Positions 9,029 through 19,359 of a stretch of DNA of 64,000 nucleotides are shown piece after piece. The notes below the pieces were generated by a model. That model was not told where the DNA came from and did not search any database. It saw only the letters and a list, made by a program, of their open reading frames with translations. Within the stretch, counting starts at the first letter, position 1. Each line of letters begins with the position of its first letter. The position numbers and the translations under genes were made by a program. The DNA lies in contig JASFYY010000022.1 of assembly GCA_045046875.1 (NCBI GenBank), positions 32,376 through 96,375 of the forward strand, given 5' to 3'. The stretch is from Verrucomicrobiota bacterium (GTDB lineage: Bacteria; Verrucomicrobiota; Verrucomicrobiia; Verrucomicrobiales; DEV007).

Positions 9029-9706
9029 TCAAAGTTTCTGCTCGTCCAATGACTCAAGCTCCTTCTTCATCAGAGCCCCCACCCGGTGTTTTGCCAGATA
9101 AACTTGAGCCATACTGACTCCCAGTTCCTCCCTGACTTTTGCCGCCGACCACTCCTTTATGACATAACAATCGAAAATCTGAAACTGTTTTGGCGATACT
9201 TTTCCTATCACATTGGCCCGCGCCACCCGCGTCAGATTTTCACTCCACTCCGCATTCCACACCTTTTCAAGGTCATCATTGGGATCTGCAAAACGCTCGA
9301 TCGTGGCGGTGCCACGACCCGATGATTCTTCATCCGAAAAACGAAAGCCGGTAGCCACCGCCTGCGCCGCTGGATTTTTCCCCCGCTTCCTGAACTGATC
9401 CGCAATTCTCCAGCGAGCCACGTTCATCAACCAGTTTTTAAACGATCCTTTCTCCGCGTCGTAAGTCTTCCCCTTTTTCCACTGCTTGGCGATCGTCAGG
9501 ATCGTTTCCTGCACCACATCAAAAGCCTCGTCATTCGGCAAACCCGCTTTCATCGACACTCGATGGATCAAGCGCCAATAAGTCCGGTAAAACTCGTTCC
9601 AGGCGCCTTGATCCTCCCAATCATCCAGCCGGTCGATCAGACTCTTGCGCGTCCGCTCGTAACCGACCTCCAATGTTTGTTCCTGCTGTGACTCTTCTAC
9701 TGGCAT
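9029..9706 (-). CDS. ECF-type RNA polymerase sigma factor
   Basis: Region 2 (AWNEFYRTYW, EAFDVVQET, GSFKNWLMNVARWRIAD) and region 4 (KQFQIF, VREELGVSMAQVYLAKHRV). Confidence 0.93.
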   Translation of the reverse strand: MPVEESQQEQTLEVGYERTRKSLIDRLDDWEDQGAWNEFYRTYWRLIHRVSMKAGLPNDEAFDVVQETILTIAKQWKKGKTYDAEKGSFKNWLMNVARWRIADQFRKRGKNPAAQAVATGFRFSDEESSGRGTATIERFADPNDDLEKVWNAEWSENLTRVARANVIGKVSPKQFQIFDCYVIKEWSAAKVREELGVSMAQVYLAKHRVGALMKKELESLDEQKL

Positions 9707-9838
9707 TTAGTCCACACTCTACCACGAATCTCAAAATTCGGGAACTCTTTCAACTTTTTTGAAAGATCCCCGCCCACCCTTCCGTATTCCACACACAAGA
9801 AGACCCATCCATCATTTTCATCCGCAAAAAAACATCCA

Positions 9839-12800
9839 ATGAACCTTGCCACCATCTGCCACCTCCCCTCCAGAAAACCTCTGCTCATACTCACAGCTCT
9901 GGTCTCGCTGTTTTCTCCCCCACAGCAGGCAAAAGCAGAAAAAAATGCCGAGCCCCAACTCCATTTCGAACGCCACCCCTCCTACTTTTCTTCCTACTCA
10001 ACTCCGCTCACCCCCACACCTTCGATCCTGCTGCGTTTTAATGCGCCCATCGATATCACCCAGGCAGCCAAAAAAATACATTTCTCCAATCAAGCTACCA
10101 AACCACTCACCATTTCAGCAAAAATCAGTCGCCCCTCGGCGCAAAAAATGCTCAAACTCCAACCCTACCCGGATCAAGCCGGGCACCAACAAAACTTCGC
10201 TGCCGATCACTTCATCCTGGTTCAAGCCCTGACCCAACTCCCCGTCGACCATCAATGGAGCCTCGTCATCCCCAAGGGTTTCACCAGCAGTGATAAAAAA
10301 ACCAAAACCTCAAGCAAATTAGTCAGTCGGCTCGGATACCTCAAATCTTTCAAACTGCGTAGCGCAGTGGCTCAGAACCCCTACGATGGCACTCGCAGTA
10401 TCGCGCTGAACTTTAACAAACGCCTTCACCCCGTTATCACCGAAGATACCATCGCTCAATATGTGAAAATCTCACCGCAACCGGACGAGCTCAAATTCCA
10501 CCGCAACTACTCGGGCATCAATATCAGTGGCAAATTCCATTATGGACTCGAATACAAAGTTTCAGTCACCGCAGGCCTGCCGGCCTTCGATCAGACCTTC
10601 TGCCAACAAACGGCTCAAAACGCGCTGCGTTTTACACCCAACGCCCCTTTTGTCCACCTGCCCGCATTTAATACCGCACAGAATCTCTCCGGCAAAAAAG
10701 ACTTTTCCATCATCGTCGGCAATACCAAAAACACGGCCGTGCGAATCAAAAAACTCGATGGAGACAACTTGATTTTTGCCCTGCGTGGTTACGGCGCTTA
10801 TTCGCAACGAAACAACGGCATCCCCTTCGAAATGGTCCCAGGACGCACCATTTACACTCATACCTGGTTACAGAACAAAGTGCTCGATGACAGTGAAAGC
10901 ATCAACTTGAACTGGGGCACCTTGCTCAAAAACAAAAACCCCGGTGCCTACTACCTCTGCGCCGAAGCCGAAGCGCAAACCCGCAACGAACAAGCTGTAG
11001 GCGCGCAAGCCTTGATCCAGCTCACCGACATCGGCTTGGCATGGAAAAAATCCGGTCAGCAAGTCCTGCTCTATGCCTTCTCCCATCTCAGCGGTCAGCC
11101 CCTGCCCGAAGCGAGCCTCACGCTCTTTGATAACGATGCGATTGCCCTGCAACAAATTCAAACCGACCGCGAGGGGCTCGCCTCCATCAATCTTGACGCC
11201 CCGCCATTAAAAGACCAAGCCCAATGGCTCGAGGTGCGTTTTAAGGGTGACCGCCACGTCATCGAAATCGACAACGATATGGATACCATCAGCCTTTGGC
11301 GCTTCGACGTTCCCTACCGCTATTATGATCTCGATAAAAATAACAAAACCCAACGGCGCACCCTCATCTTCACCGACCGTCCCGTTTACAAGCCGGGAGA
11401 AACGGTGCAATTGAAATGCCTGACCCGTCTCACCGATCAAACCCAACTGCTCGATCCTGCCTCGGATCAGGCCGCTGCAAAAATCACCGTGACTGACAGC
11501 CGCCACCGCACTATTCTCACCCGCCAGATCAAAGTCTCACCACACGGCAGCATCGATCAGGAAATCAAATTGCCCGAAAATACTCTCGGTCGTTTCCAAG
11601 TCCTGATCGACTTCAATCCCGCCGGTTCGTCCTCACGCCACAAGTGGCGTAATGTTTTCAGCCACTCCTTCCAAGTCGCCGACTACCGGCCAAACACTTT
11701 TGAGATCAAACTGACCAATAAAGATCACTACCAACTACCCACCCAGGACAGCCCTGATATCAGCGTCCCAGTCTCCGCGCACTACTTCATGGGTAAAGCC
11801 CTGTCATCAGCACGGCTTAGCTGGCACGCCAGCGCAAATACCAGCTACCCCCGATCAAAAGAATTTGAAGATTATATCTTCGGGGACCGCACCCTGAAAT
11901 CCAGCGTAAGCATTAACCTCAGTGAAAGCCTCGACCTCACTCCACAAGGGAACGGGAATATCCAACTCACCTTGCCCGGTAACAACGAACAGCCCTTGCC
12001 TCTACATTTGTATCTCAATACGGAGATCACCGACATCAATCAACAAACCGTAGCCGCCAGCACTTCCTTCACCGTCCACAGCTCGGACTTCTATCTGGGT
12101 ATGTCATTTCCAGAAAACACCCTGCGCAGTCACCAACCCTTCCTGCTATCTCTGGCCAGTATCGGTCAGGACGGAAAACCCTACTCGCCAACAGTTAAAG
12201 CCGACCTCAAAATCGAACGGCTGGTTTGGAACACCGTGAAAGTCCGTGGCGCAGGAGGCACCATCAGCCACCGCAATCAAAGTCACACCGTACCAGTGCT
12301 GGAACAAAAGCTCACCATTCAAATGACGGAACATCCGGAAACCGGCATGTTTTTACCAAGCAGCACCGAGCTGCAATTAGATCAAGCCGGCGACTACATT
12401 TTCACCCTCACCACCGAGGATGCCAGTCACCGCCCCGTCATCAGTAAAGGGAAAATCTACATCTATGACGAAGAGCAATCCCCCAGTTGGTCCCGTCACG
12501 ACGGCACCCGCATCGATGTCATCGCAGACAAAATCAGTTACCGTGCGGGAGACACCGCCAAACTGCTGATCAAAAGCCCCATCACCGGCCACGCTTTGAT
12601 CACCGTGGAGCGTGAAGGCGTGCGCCGCAGCTTCACCAAAAAAATATCCAGCCAGCAAAGTGTGATTGATATCCCCATCGAAAACCAGGACGCGCCCAAC
12701 GTATTTGTATCCGTGCTTATCATCCGTGGCATCCAAAATAGCAGTCATCAACACCCCGATACCGAATACCGACTTGGTTACGCCCAGTTAAAAGTAGATG

Positions 12801-15340
12801 ACCCCTCTTCCAGACTCACCATCGATCTCGCAACTCCAAGTGGAACCGTGCAGCCTGGGCAAAACATTGAGCTCAGCGCCCAAATCACCGACCATCAGAA
12901 TAACCCTGTGCGCAATGCGGAAGTAACGCTTTATGCCGTCGATGAAGGCGTGCTCAGCCTGACCGGTTATGCCACCCCTGACCCTTCATCCGTTTTCAAC
13001 GCACCTTACCCGCTATCCGTATTCACCGGTCAGTCGGTTTCCGCCTTGTTGCCCGAAAACCCCAATGATCTGGATTTTGCCAACAAAGGTTACGTCGTCG
13101 GAGGCGGCGGTCCTGGCGGAGAGAATGGCATTTCGAGGATCCGCAAAAACTTCAAAGCCCTGGCCTACTGGAACGGCTCCCTGATCAGCGATGACGATGG
13201 CAAGATCCACGCCTCCTTCCCCGCGCCGGACAGTCTCACCGAATACCGGGTCATCGCCGTGGTCAATCAGGGGCAACGTTTTGCTTCCACCTCTGGCAAA
13301 ATCATTATTCAAAAACCGCTCATCATCGAACCCTCACTGCCGGTTTTTGCCAACGTCGGTGATCAAATCGATCTGCGCGCCGTGCTGCACAACAATAGCA
13401 AACAGGATCTGGATCTGGAAATCCGTGTCGAACTCGACCAGCGGGCCAAATTCCTCACCGCACAGCCGAACATCATCCCCACCGCAGCCCCTCTCACTCC
13501 AGTCGAAAGCAGCAACGCACAAAGCACCAAACGCTCGCTGCACATCGCTGCAGGAAAAACCTACGCGCTGCAATTCCCCGTTATCTTCACCGCTCTCGGC
13601 GATGCCAAGTGGACCTGGAGCGTCCGCGCCCTCAACAACGATCAACTCCTCGACCGCGTCGAATCAACGATCCCCGTGACCTATCCCCTGCCCCTGTTGC
13701 GCCACAGCCAGCAACTAACCCTGCACAACAACGATATTCGCAATGGGTCTGCCCCCCAATCAAATAAATCCTTCGATCTGCTTGCAGGGGTCGATCCCGC
13801 CCTGCTCAAAGGCGACGGCTCCATCCGGGTCTCTTTTTCCAACTCACGTATGATCGAAGCCCTTGACGCCGTGGATTATCTACTCAAATACCCCTACGGC
13901 TGTGTTGAGCAAACCACCTCCAGCACCCTACCCTGGCTGTCCACACAAAATCTGCGCAAGGCCCTGCCTTCACTCAAACGCAGCCCCGAAGAAATTTCCG
14001 AAGCGATTGCCTACGGTTGCCAACGACTCTTATCGATGCAAACCCAGGATGGCGGGCTCGCCTATTGGCCCGGGTCCTCTGATTCGATTCTCTGGGGCAG
14101 CGCCTACGGCGGCATGGCGCTGGCTTTAGCTGAAAAAAACGGCGCCGACTTACCGGCTAACAGCCTGCAGGATCTATGGAAATACCTTTCTTCCCAACTG
14201 CGAAACTCAGGCAAAATCACTAGCCCTTACTCTCTATCCCAACGTTGCCTGACCGCCTACACCCTCACCCTCGCCGGACATCCGGAGAACGCTTACCACG
14301 ATCTGTTATTCAATAAACGCCATCAATTACCTCTCGAAGCCCGCGCTTTACTCGCGCTGGCCATGCTCGAATCTGACAACTCTGCTAACAACCAATCGCG
14401 GGCTCGACAGCTGCTCGGCGGTGATCCTGAAAATGCCCCCAACAGCCAAGTCGTCTGGTATGGCAAACCATATACTCTGGCCACCCAATTGCTCGCCTGG
14501 TCAAAACTGCAACCGGGAGGGGATCGTGCCGATCAACTGGCCGGGCAATTGTTAAAACTAAAACAAGGCCCTCATGTCTGGGGCAGCACCTACAACAACG
14601 CCTGGCCGATGCTCGCCATAGCTCAACTCAGTCTGGCCAACCCCCAACTCAATCAGCCGCAAAATTTCGAGATCCAATTCGATCACAAAAAACAAACCGC
14701 AAAATTTGCTGAAGGTCCTAACAGCCTGGAATTCCAATTTCCATTCAGTAGCGAACACAACGGTCTGCCCTTGCTGGTCACGCCTCAAAACAAAGGCCGC
14801 ATCTACGCCCAGGTCGAAGTCTCCAGCCAACCTGCCTTGATCCCCTTCGCTGCGCAGGATCACGGTTTCTCGATCCGCCGCAGCTACCAGCGGATCCAAA
14901 ACAATGGCGCCCTCAGCCCGCCAAAACAACTCAGTGTGGGCGACCTTATTCTGGTCACCCTGCATACCACCATCGATGACAAACAACACTACCTCGCCAT
15001 CGAGGATCGCTTGCCTGCTATTTTTGAAGCCATCAACCCCTCCTTCAAATCTCAAACCAAACAATCCGCGCAACACGGTAAATGGAAACGTCTCTACCCC
15101 AATCACAGCGAGATAAGAAAAGACCGCGTGCTCTTTTTTCAAGACTACCTCTATCAAGGTGGCAACTACACCATCCAATACCTCGCCCGGGTCATCGCAC
15201 CCGGTTCCGCCACGGCTCCTCCGGCTAAAATCGAAGCCATGTATGAACCCCAACGCTACGGCCTCTCGGCTACCGAACGCCTGTCAGCCTCTGCCAGCAT
15301 CGCCCCCAACGAAGCCAAATCCCCGATTGCCGTCCGATGA
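9839..15340 (+). CDS. Bacterial alpha-2-macroglobulin (thioester-containing)
   Basis: 1833 aa; FTDRPVYKPGE, YAVDEGVL, PDSLTEYRV, thioester YPYGCVEQ, APPAKIEAMY; ATGA overlap with pbpC. Confidence 0.95.
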   Translation: MNLATICHLPSRKPLLILTALVSLFSPPQQAKAEKNAEPQLHFERHPSYFSSYSTPLTPTPSILLRFNAPIDITQAAKKIHFSNQATKPLTISAKISRPSAQKMLKLQPYPDQAGHQQNFAADHFILVQALTQLPVDHQWSLVIPKGFTSSDKKTKTSSKLVSRLGYLKSFKLRSAVAQNPYDGTRSIALNFNKRLHPVITEDTIAQYVKISPQPDELKFHRNYSGINISGKFHYGLEYKVSVTAGLPAFDQTFCQQTAQNALRFTPNAPFVHLPAFNTAQNLSGKKDFSIIVGNTKNTAVRIKKLDGDNLIFALRGYGAYSQRNNGIPFEMVPGRTIYTHTWLQNKVLDDSESINLNWGTLLKNKNPGAYYLCAEAEAQTRNEQAVGAQALIQLTDIGLAWKKSGQQVLLYAFSHLSGQPLPEASLTLFDNDAIALQQIQTDREGLASINLDAPPLKDQAQWLEVRFKGDRHVIEIDNDMDTISLWRFDVPYRYYDLDKNNKTQRRTLIFTDRPVYKPGETVQLKCLTRLTDQTQLLDPASDQAAAKITVTDSRHRTILTRQIKVSPHGSIDQEIKLPENTLGRFQVLIDFNPAGSSSRHKWRNVFSHSFQVADYRPNTFEIKLTNKDHYQLPTQDSPDISVPVSAHYFMGKALSSARLSWHASANTSYPRSKEFEDYIFGDRTLKSSVSINLSESLDLTPQGNGNIQLTLPGNNEQPLPLHLYLNTEITDINQQTVAASTSFTVHSSDFYLGMSFPENTLRSHQPFLLSLASIGQDGKPYSPTVKADLKIERLVWNTVKVRGAGGTISHRNQSHTVPVLEQKLTIQMTEHPETGMFLPSSTELQLDQAGDYIFTLTTEDASHRPVISKGKIYIYDEEQSPSWSRHDGTRIDVIADKISYRAGDTAKLLIKSPITGHALITVEREGVRRSFTKKISSQQSVIDIPIENQDAPNVFVSVLIIRGIQNSSHQHPDTEYRLGYAQLKVDDPSSRLTIDLATPSGTVQPGQNIELSAQITDHQNNPVRNAEVTLYAVDEGVLSLTGYATPDPSSVFNAPYPLSVFTGQSVSALLPENPNDLDFANKGYVVGGGGPGGENGISRIRKNFKALAYWNGSLISDDDGKIHASFPAPDSLTEYRVIAVVNQGQRFASTSGKIIIQKPLIIEPSLPVFANVGDQIDLRAVLHNNSKQDLDLEIRVELDQRAKFLTAQPNIIPTAAPLTPVESSNAQSTKRSLHIAAGKTYALQFPVIFTALGDAKWTWSVRALNNDQLLDRVESTIPVTYPLPLLRHSQQLTLHNNDIRNGSAPQSNKSFDLLAGVDPALLKGDGSIRVSFSNSRMIEALDAVDYLLKYPYGCVEQTTSSTLPWLSTQNLRKALPSLKRSPEEISEAIAYGCQRLLSMQTQDGGLAYWPGSSDSILWGSAYGGMALALAEKNGADLPANSLQDLWKYLSSQLRNSGKITSPYSLSQRCLTAYTLTLAGHPENAYHDLLFNKRHQLPLEARALLALAMLESDNSANNQSRARQLLGGDPENAPNSQVVWYGKPYTLATQLLAWSKLQPGGDRADQLAGQLLKLKQGPHVWGSTYNNAWPMLAIAQLSLANPQLNQPQNFEIQFDHKKQTAKFAEGPNSLEFQFPFSSEHNGLPLLVTPQNKGRIYAQVEVSSQPALIPFAAQDHGFSIRRSYQRIQNNGALSPPKQLSVGDLILVTLHTTIDDKQHYLAIEDRLPAIFEAINPSFKSQTKQSAQHGKWKRLYPNHSEIRKDRVLFFQDYLYQGGNYTIQYLARVIAPGSATAPPAKIEAMYEPQRYGLSATERLSASASIAPNEAKSPIAVR

Positions 15341-17727
15341 AAAAAGTATTCACCACCTTACTCAAGTTTACGCCGAAAACACTGCTCCGGCAGCGCGCCT
15401 TGCTGTTCAGGACAGCCCTCACCTTGTTACTCACCGCTTTCGTCGCCCTCTATATCGCTCCACTGTTTTTCAGCCTACCGGAAAAGCTCGGCAAAGACCC
15501 GCAGCCCGGTCAATATTTCACCGACCGTCACGGTGCGCCACTGCGCCGCCTGCTCAGAGCGGATCTGGCAATTGATGCTCCTGCCACTTTGCAAGAAATT
15601 CCCAGTCACTTGATCGAAGCCACCCTGGCCGTTGAAGATGCCCGCTTCCGGAAACACGGCGGCATCGACTCCATCGGAATCATGCGCGCCCTCTACGATT
15701 CACTTCGCGCCCGCCGCCTGGTTTCGGGAGCTTCCACCATCAGCCAACAACTGATCAAGATCACCTCCCCGGCCAAACCTCGCACGGTGCGCAATAAGAT
15801 CATCGAAAGCCTGGGCGCTCGAAAACTCGAAATGTCATGGGGCAAAAACCAAATCCTCGTCGCCTACCTCAATCGCTTGCCCTACGGCAACCTGCTCACC
15901 GGTTGCCGCGCCGCGGCAAGGGGCTACTTCAACAAACCACTGTCCGATCTCTCGCTAGCCGAATGTGCCCTATTGGCCGGACTGCCCAACCGCCCCAGTC
16001 AGCTCAATCCCCATCGCCATCTCGACAAAGCAGTGAAACGTCAACGCTGGGTGCTCAAACGCATGCTCAGTACAGGAAAGATCACCCCCGAAGAATATCA
16101 ACACGCGCTCGGCCAGACGCTGCAAATACAAAACTCCCACAGCTCTTCTTTTCAAGCCCCCCACCTCGTTGATCTGATTATAAACAAAACCCAGCCCTCG
16201 ACCCTCGCCCCCTCCCCCTCCACTGCCATCAAGACCACCCTCGACCTTCCCCTGCAAAAATTCGTCGAACAAAGCATCAACAAACAGTTGCAAAAGCTGG
16301 AGCAAAACAATCACCACTCTTCCGCCCTGCAAGCCGCCGCCGTGATCATCGACAACGCCAGTGGAGAAGTCCGCGGCCTGGTAGGATCACGCAGTTATTT
16401 CAACTCCACCAGCGGCCAGATCAACGGTGCCTGGACCGCCCGCTCCCCCGGCTCGGCGTTAAAACCCTTCACCTACCTATTGGCGCTTGAACGCGGCCAT
16501 TCCGCCGCCTCCCGCCTGGATGATCTGCCGCTCGAATACATGACCCCCACCGGAGCCTACCGACCAGTCAATTATGACCGTCGCTTCCGTGGCCCTGTCA
16601 CCCTACGCGAATCACTAGCGACGTCCCTCAACGTACCCGCCATCCGCCTGCTCGACGAACTCGGCGGCCCCGCTCCACTGCATGCAACCCTGATTGATCT
16701 TGGTCTGACCAGCTTAGACAAAGATCCCGGTTTTTATGGCCTCGGCCTAACCATCGGCAGCGCCGAAGTGCGCTTGCTGGAACTGACCAACGCCTACGCC
16801 TGTCTGGCTCGCCTCGGGCGCTACGCCGACTACCGTCTCATCACATCAGCAAAAGAACCGCCTCTTAACACCCGCGAACTATTCTCCCCTGACGCCTGTT
16901 ACATCCTCGCCGACATTCTCAGTGATCAACAGGCCCGCACTTCAGCCTTCGGTTTGAACTCTCCCCTCAACCTACCTTTTAAAGTAGCCTGCAAAACCGG
17001 CACCAGCACGGATTACCGCGACAACTGGACGGTCGGCTTCACCCCTCGTTACACCGTTGGTGTCTGGGTCGGCTGTTTTGACAACCAGGCCCTGCCACAG
17101 ATATCAGGAGTCATCGGTGCCGGCCCCATTTTCCACGACATCTTCACCCATCTCTACTCCAAACCAAATGACAAAGCTGAATGGTATACCCGCCCCAATC
17201 ACATCGTCACCGCACGCATCGATCCCCTCAACGGCAAACGTCTACCCCCGACGGAAAACCAACTCGCTCCACACCGTCCGAACCACACTCGTCTGGAAAT
17301 TTTTCGCCAAAATAACCTACCCCCGCTCGCTCTCGAATCAGACTACGATCAACAAGGACGCACCCTGCTGCCCGCCCACTACCAAACTTGGTTTGCTAAA
17401 AATAATCACCAGCTTCAAAACCGGGCCAATCTGGTTCAGCAACCAACTCTACACAGCAGCAACAACCAACCCTTTCAGATCCTCAGCCCGCTCACCAATA
17501 CCGTAGTCTATCTCGATCAGGATCTGCCGCATGGAGGCACGATATTCTCACTCAAGGCAAGCATCCCCGCAGCCAAACTCCGCTGGGCTTCGCCAAGCTT
17601 AAAAATAAGCACCACTGCAACCGGCTCCCCCACAGCTATCCTCAAACCCGGCATTCATCAAATAATTGCCACCGATATTCTCAGCGGATACAGCATCTCG
17701 GTCGCCGTGCAAGTGGATGCTTTGTGA
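15337..17727 (+). CDS. pbpC: Penicillin-binding protein 1C
   Basis: Transglycosylase EDARF, GASTISQQL, YLNRLPYG; transpeptidase GSALKP, SLN, KTGT; directly follows alpha-2-macroglobulin. Confidence 0.95.
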   Translation: MKKVFTTLLKFTPKTLLRQRALLFRTALTLLLTAFVALYIAPLFFSLPEKLGKDPQPGQYFTDRHGAPLRRLLRADLAIDAPATLQEIPSHLIEATLAVEDARFRKHGGIDSIGIMRALYDSLRARRLVSGASTISQQLIKITSPAKPRTVRNKIIESLGARKLEMSWGKNQILVAYLNRLPYGNLLTGCRAAARGYFNKPLSDLSLAECALLAGLPNRPSQLNPHRHLDKAVKRQRWVLKRMLSTGKITPEEYQHALGQTLQIQNSHSSSFQAPHLVDLIINKTQPSTLAPSPSTAIKTTLDLPLQKFVEQSINKQLQKLEQNNHHSSALQAAAVIIDNASGEVRGLVGSRSYFNSTSGQINGAWTARSPGSALKPFTYLLALERGHSAASRLDDLPLEYMTPTGAYRPVNYDRRFRGPVTLRESLATSLNVPAIRLLDELGGPAPLHATLIDLGLTSLDKDPGFYGLGLTIGSAEVRLLELTNAYACLARLGRYADYRLITSAKEPPLNTRELFSPDACYILADILSDQQARTSAFGLNSPLNLPFKVACKTGTSTDYRDNWTVGFTPRYTVGVWVGCFDNQALPQISGVIGAGPIFHDIFTHLYSKPNDKAEWYTRPNHIVTARIDPLNGKRLPPTENQLAPHRPNHTRLEIFRQNNLPPLALESDYDQQGRTLLPAHYQTWFAKNNHQLQNRANLVQQPTLHSSNNQPFQILSPLTNTVVYLDQDLPHGGTIFSLKASIPAAKLRWASPSLKISTTATGSPTAILKPGIHQIIATDILSGYSISVAVQVDAL

Positions 17728-17755
17728 AACAATTTTTCTTTGTGAAACAATTTTT
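17721..17755. repeat. 17-bp tandem direct repeat
   Basis: TTTGTGAAACAATTTTT at 17721-17737 and 17739-17755; the first copy contains the pbpC stop codon. Confidence 0.85.
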
Positions 17756-17782
17756 AAATTAGTCACATCATCCGCTAGCTTG

Positions 17783-17809
17783 TTGACAATTCTACCCAAC
17801 CATTAGAAT
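17783..17809 (+). promoter_or_regulatory. Possible sigma70 promoter
   Basis: TTGACA-N15-TAGAAT, 15 nt upstream of ATG 17825; the spacer is short. Confidence 0.4.
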
Positions 17810-17824
17810 CTATCAAGCCAAGCC

Positions 17825-18523
17825 ATGAAAAAACGATTCTTCCTCACCACCATTCTGAGTCTGCTCATAACCAGCATCATTTCTTTGTCTGGCAGTGTAG
17901 CGAATGACGAAAGTTTGGATAAATTAACTAAGCTTAAAAAAGCTTATCGCTCGGAAATTGAAAAAGCCACCACTCCTGTTGACGAAAAATATCTCAAAGC
18001 TCTTGAAAGACTGCAAAAGTCATACGCTTCCGCAAACAAGCTCGATGAGGCCATTCTTGTTAGGGAAAAAATCGCCTTGTTTAAATCTCCATCCCCAGCA
18101 ACTGGAGCCGGGGAATCCCCTAGCCTAAAGGATTCAAGCCCAATTCTAAAAAAGTGGACAGGCGATGGCAACCTATTAGTCAAAGATGGCGAGGAAATAC
18201 TCCATATCTCAACCGACTTAACCCTTTCAAAAAAATTAGAATACCTCTTTAACGTCAAAGATTACCCTCAAGGGTTTCGTTTACACGTTTATTACCGATC
18301 CGATAATTATACAGGCACCGGATTAAAACTAAAAAGCTACTACACTTCCAGAGACTATATTTTTAGATCTGTTGCACTCATTACCGATGGCAAATGGCAT
18401 GAATACGTCTGGAATTATTATGCCGACAACTACCGAACCGCAGCCGATGTTAGATTACAAATCGAAGTGCTGGGAGGGAAAGGGGAAATCGACTTCAAGG
18501 GGCTGACGATCAGCCACCTTTGA
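17825..18523 (+). CDS. Secreted hypothetical protein (helical N-domain + putative CBM-like beta-sandwich), paralog A
   Basis: Signal peptide; clear similarity to the convergent gene 18510-19214. Confidence 0.8.
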   Translation: MKKRFFLTTILSLLITSIISLSGSVANDESLDKLTKLKKAYRSEIEKATTPVDEKYLKALERLQKSYASANKLDEAILVREKIALFKSPSPATGAGESPSLKDSSPILKKWTGDGNLLVKDGEEILHISTDLTLSKKLEYLFNVKDYPQGFRLHVYYRSDNYTGTGLKLKSYYTSRDYIFRSVALITDGKWHEYVWNYYADNYRTAADVRLQIEVLGGKGEIDFKGLTISHL

Positions 18524-19214
18524 TACTCTTCACAAGCTCGAAGCCTTTGAAATTGACGCTACCCTTGCCTGAAAGAATCTCCAGCACCATTCGAATCTCC
18601 GTTGCATTCAGATATTGAGCCGAAGGGTAGGGCCATGTGTATTCATGCCATTTACCATCTGCGTTAAAATTTATCGTTCTGTGGTGGTAACCCAATTCGG
18701 TATTATACCCCTTTAATTTCAACCCCTCCCCTACATAATCCGATGTTTGGTAACTAAATTTCAAATCCATTCCATCGGGAAACCCCTTGACCTCAAATGT
18801 ATTTTCAATTTTCGAACCTGCTGAATTCGCCTTAATTTGAATCGCAAATTCGTCATCAACGGCAATCAATCGACCGTCCCCCTTCCAACGCCGCAAAGCC
18901 TTCTTCGCCTCAGCGCTGCCACTACCACCTTCTTCTTTAGGGGTTTCAACATCCACTTTTTTTGAAGATTTTTTCTTTGCAAGAAAAGCATTCAATTCCG
19001 TCCGAACCGCCAGCGCCTCATCCAGCAAATTTGCAGTTGCATATGTTTTTTGCAAGCGTTCCAATGCTGTTATGTATTTTTGGTTAACTGGATCCGTGAC
19101 TCGCTTAATCTCCTTGTTATAAAGCTTGTCCAGCTTTTCAAGCTCCAAAAGATCTTCAGCCCGGGCAGGAACGACCAAAACCAAAACCATAGCTAACAGA
19201 TAATATTTCATCAC
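18510..19214 (-). CDS. Secreted hypothetical protein, paralog B
   Basis: Signal peptide MKYYLLAMVLVLVVPARA; shares KY..ALERLQK.YA.AN.LDEA, W.GDG.L, GLKLK.Y and DGKWHEY.W.Y with paralog A. Confidence 0.8.
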   Translation of the reverse strand: MMKYYLLAMVLVLVVPARAEDLLELEKLDKLYNKEIKRVTDPVNQKYITALERLQKTYATANLLDEALAVRTELNAFLAKKKSSKKVDVETPKEEGGSGSAEAKKALRRWKGDGRLIAVDDEFAIQIKANSAGSKIENTFEVKGFPDGMDLKFSYQTSDYVGEGLKLKGYNTELGYHHRTINFNADGKWHEYTWPYPSAQYLNATEIRMVLEILSGKGSVNFKGFELVKSIKGG

Positions 19215-19359
19215 TCTTCAAGCTTGCCCCGACTTCCCATTCTCTCAACAAAAAATATTCGCACCTCTTGAGATAGGCAAGCGTCTACTCTAACATTTTT
19301 TTTGGCCTTTATTATAAAAAACTTGCCCGCGCCCCCGCTTTCCTGTCTAGCTTACCCGT

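Noticed and set aside
9839..17727. Alpha-2-macroglobulin-pbpC as a novel system
   Set aside because: This is a well-described conserved operon (yfhM-pbpC type).
17741..17767. CRP box (TGTGA...TCACA)
   Set aside because: The half-sites are 17 nt apart rather than 6.
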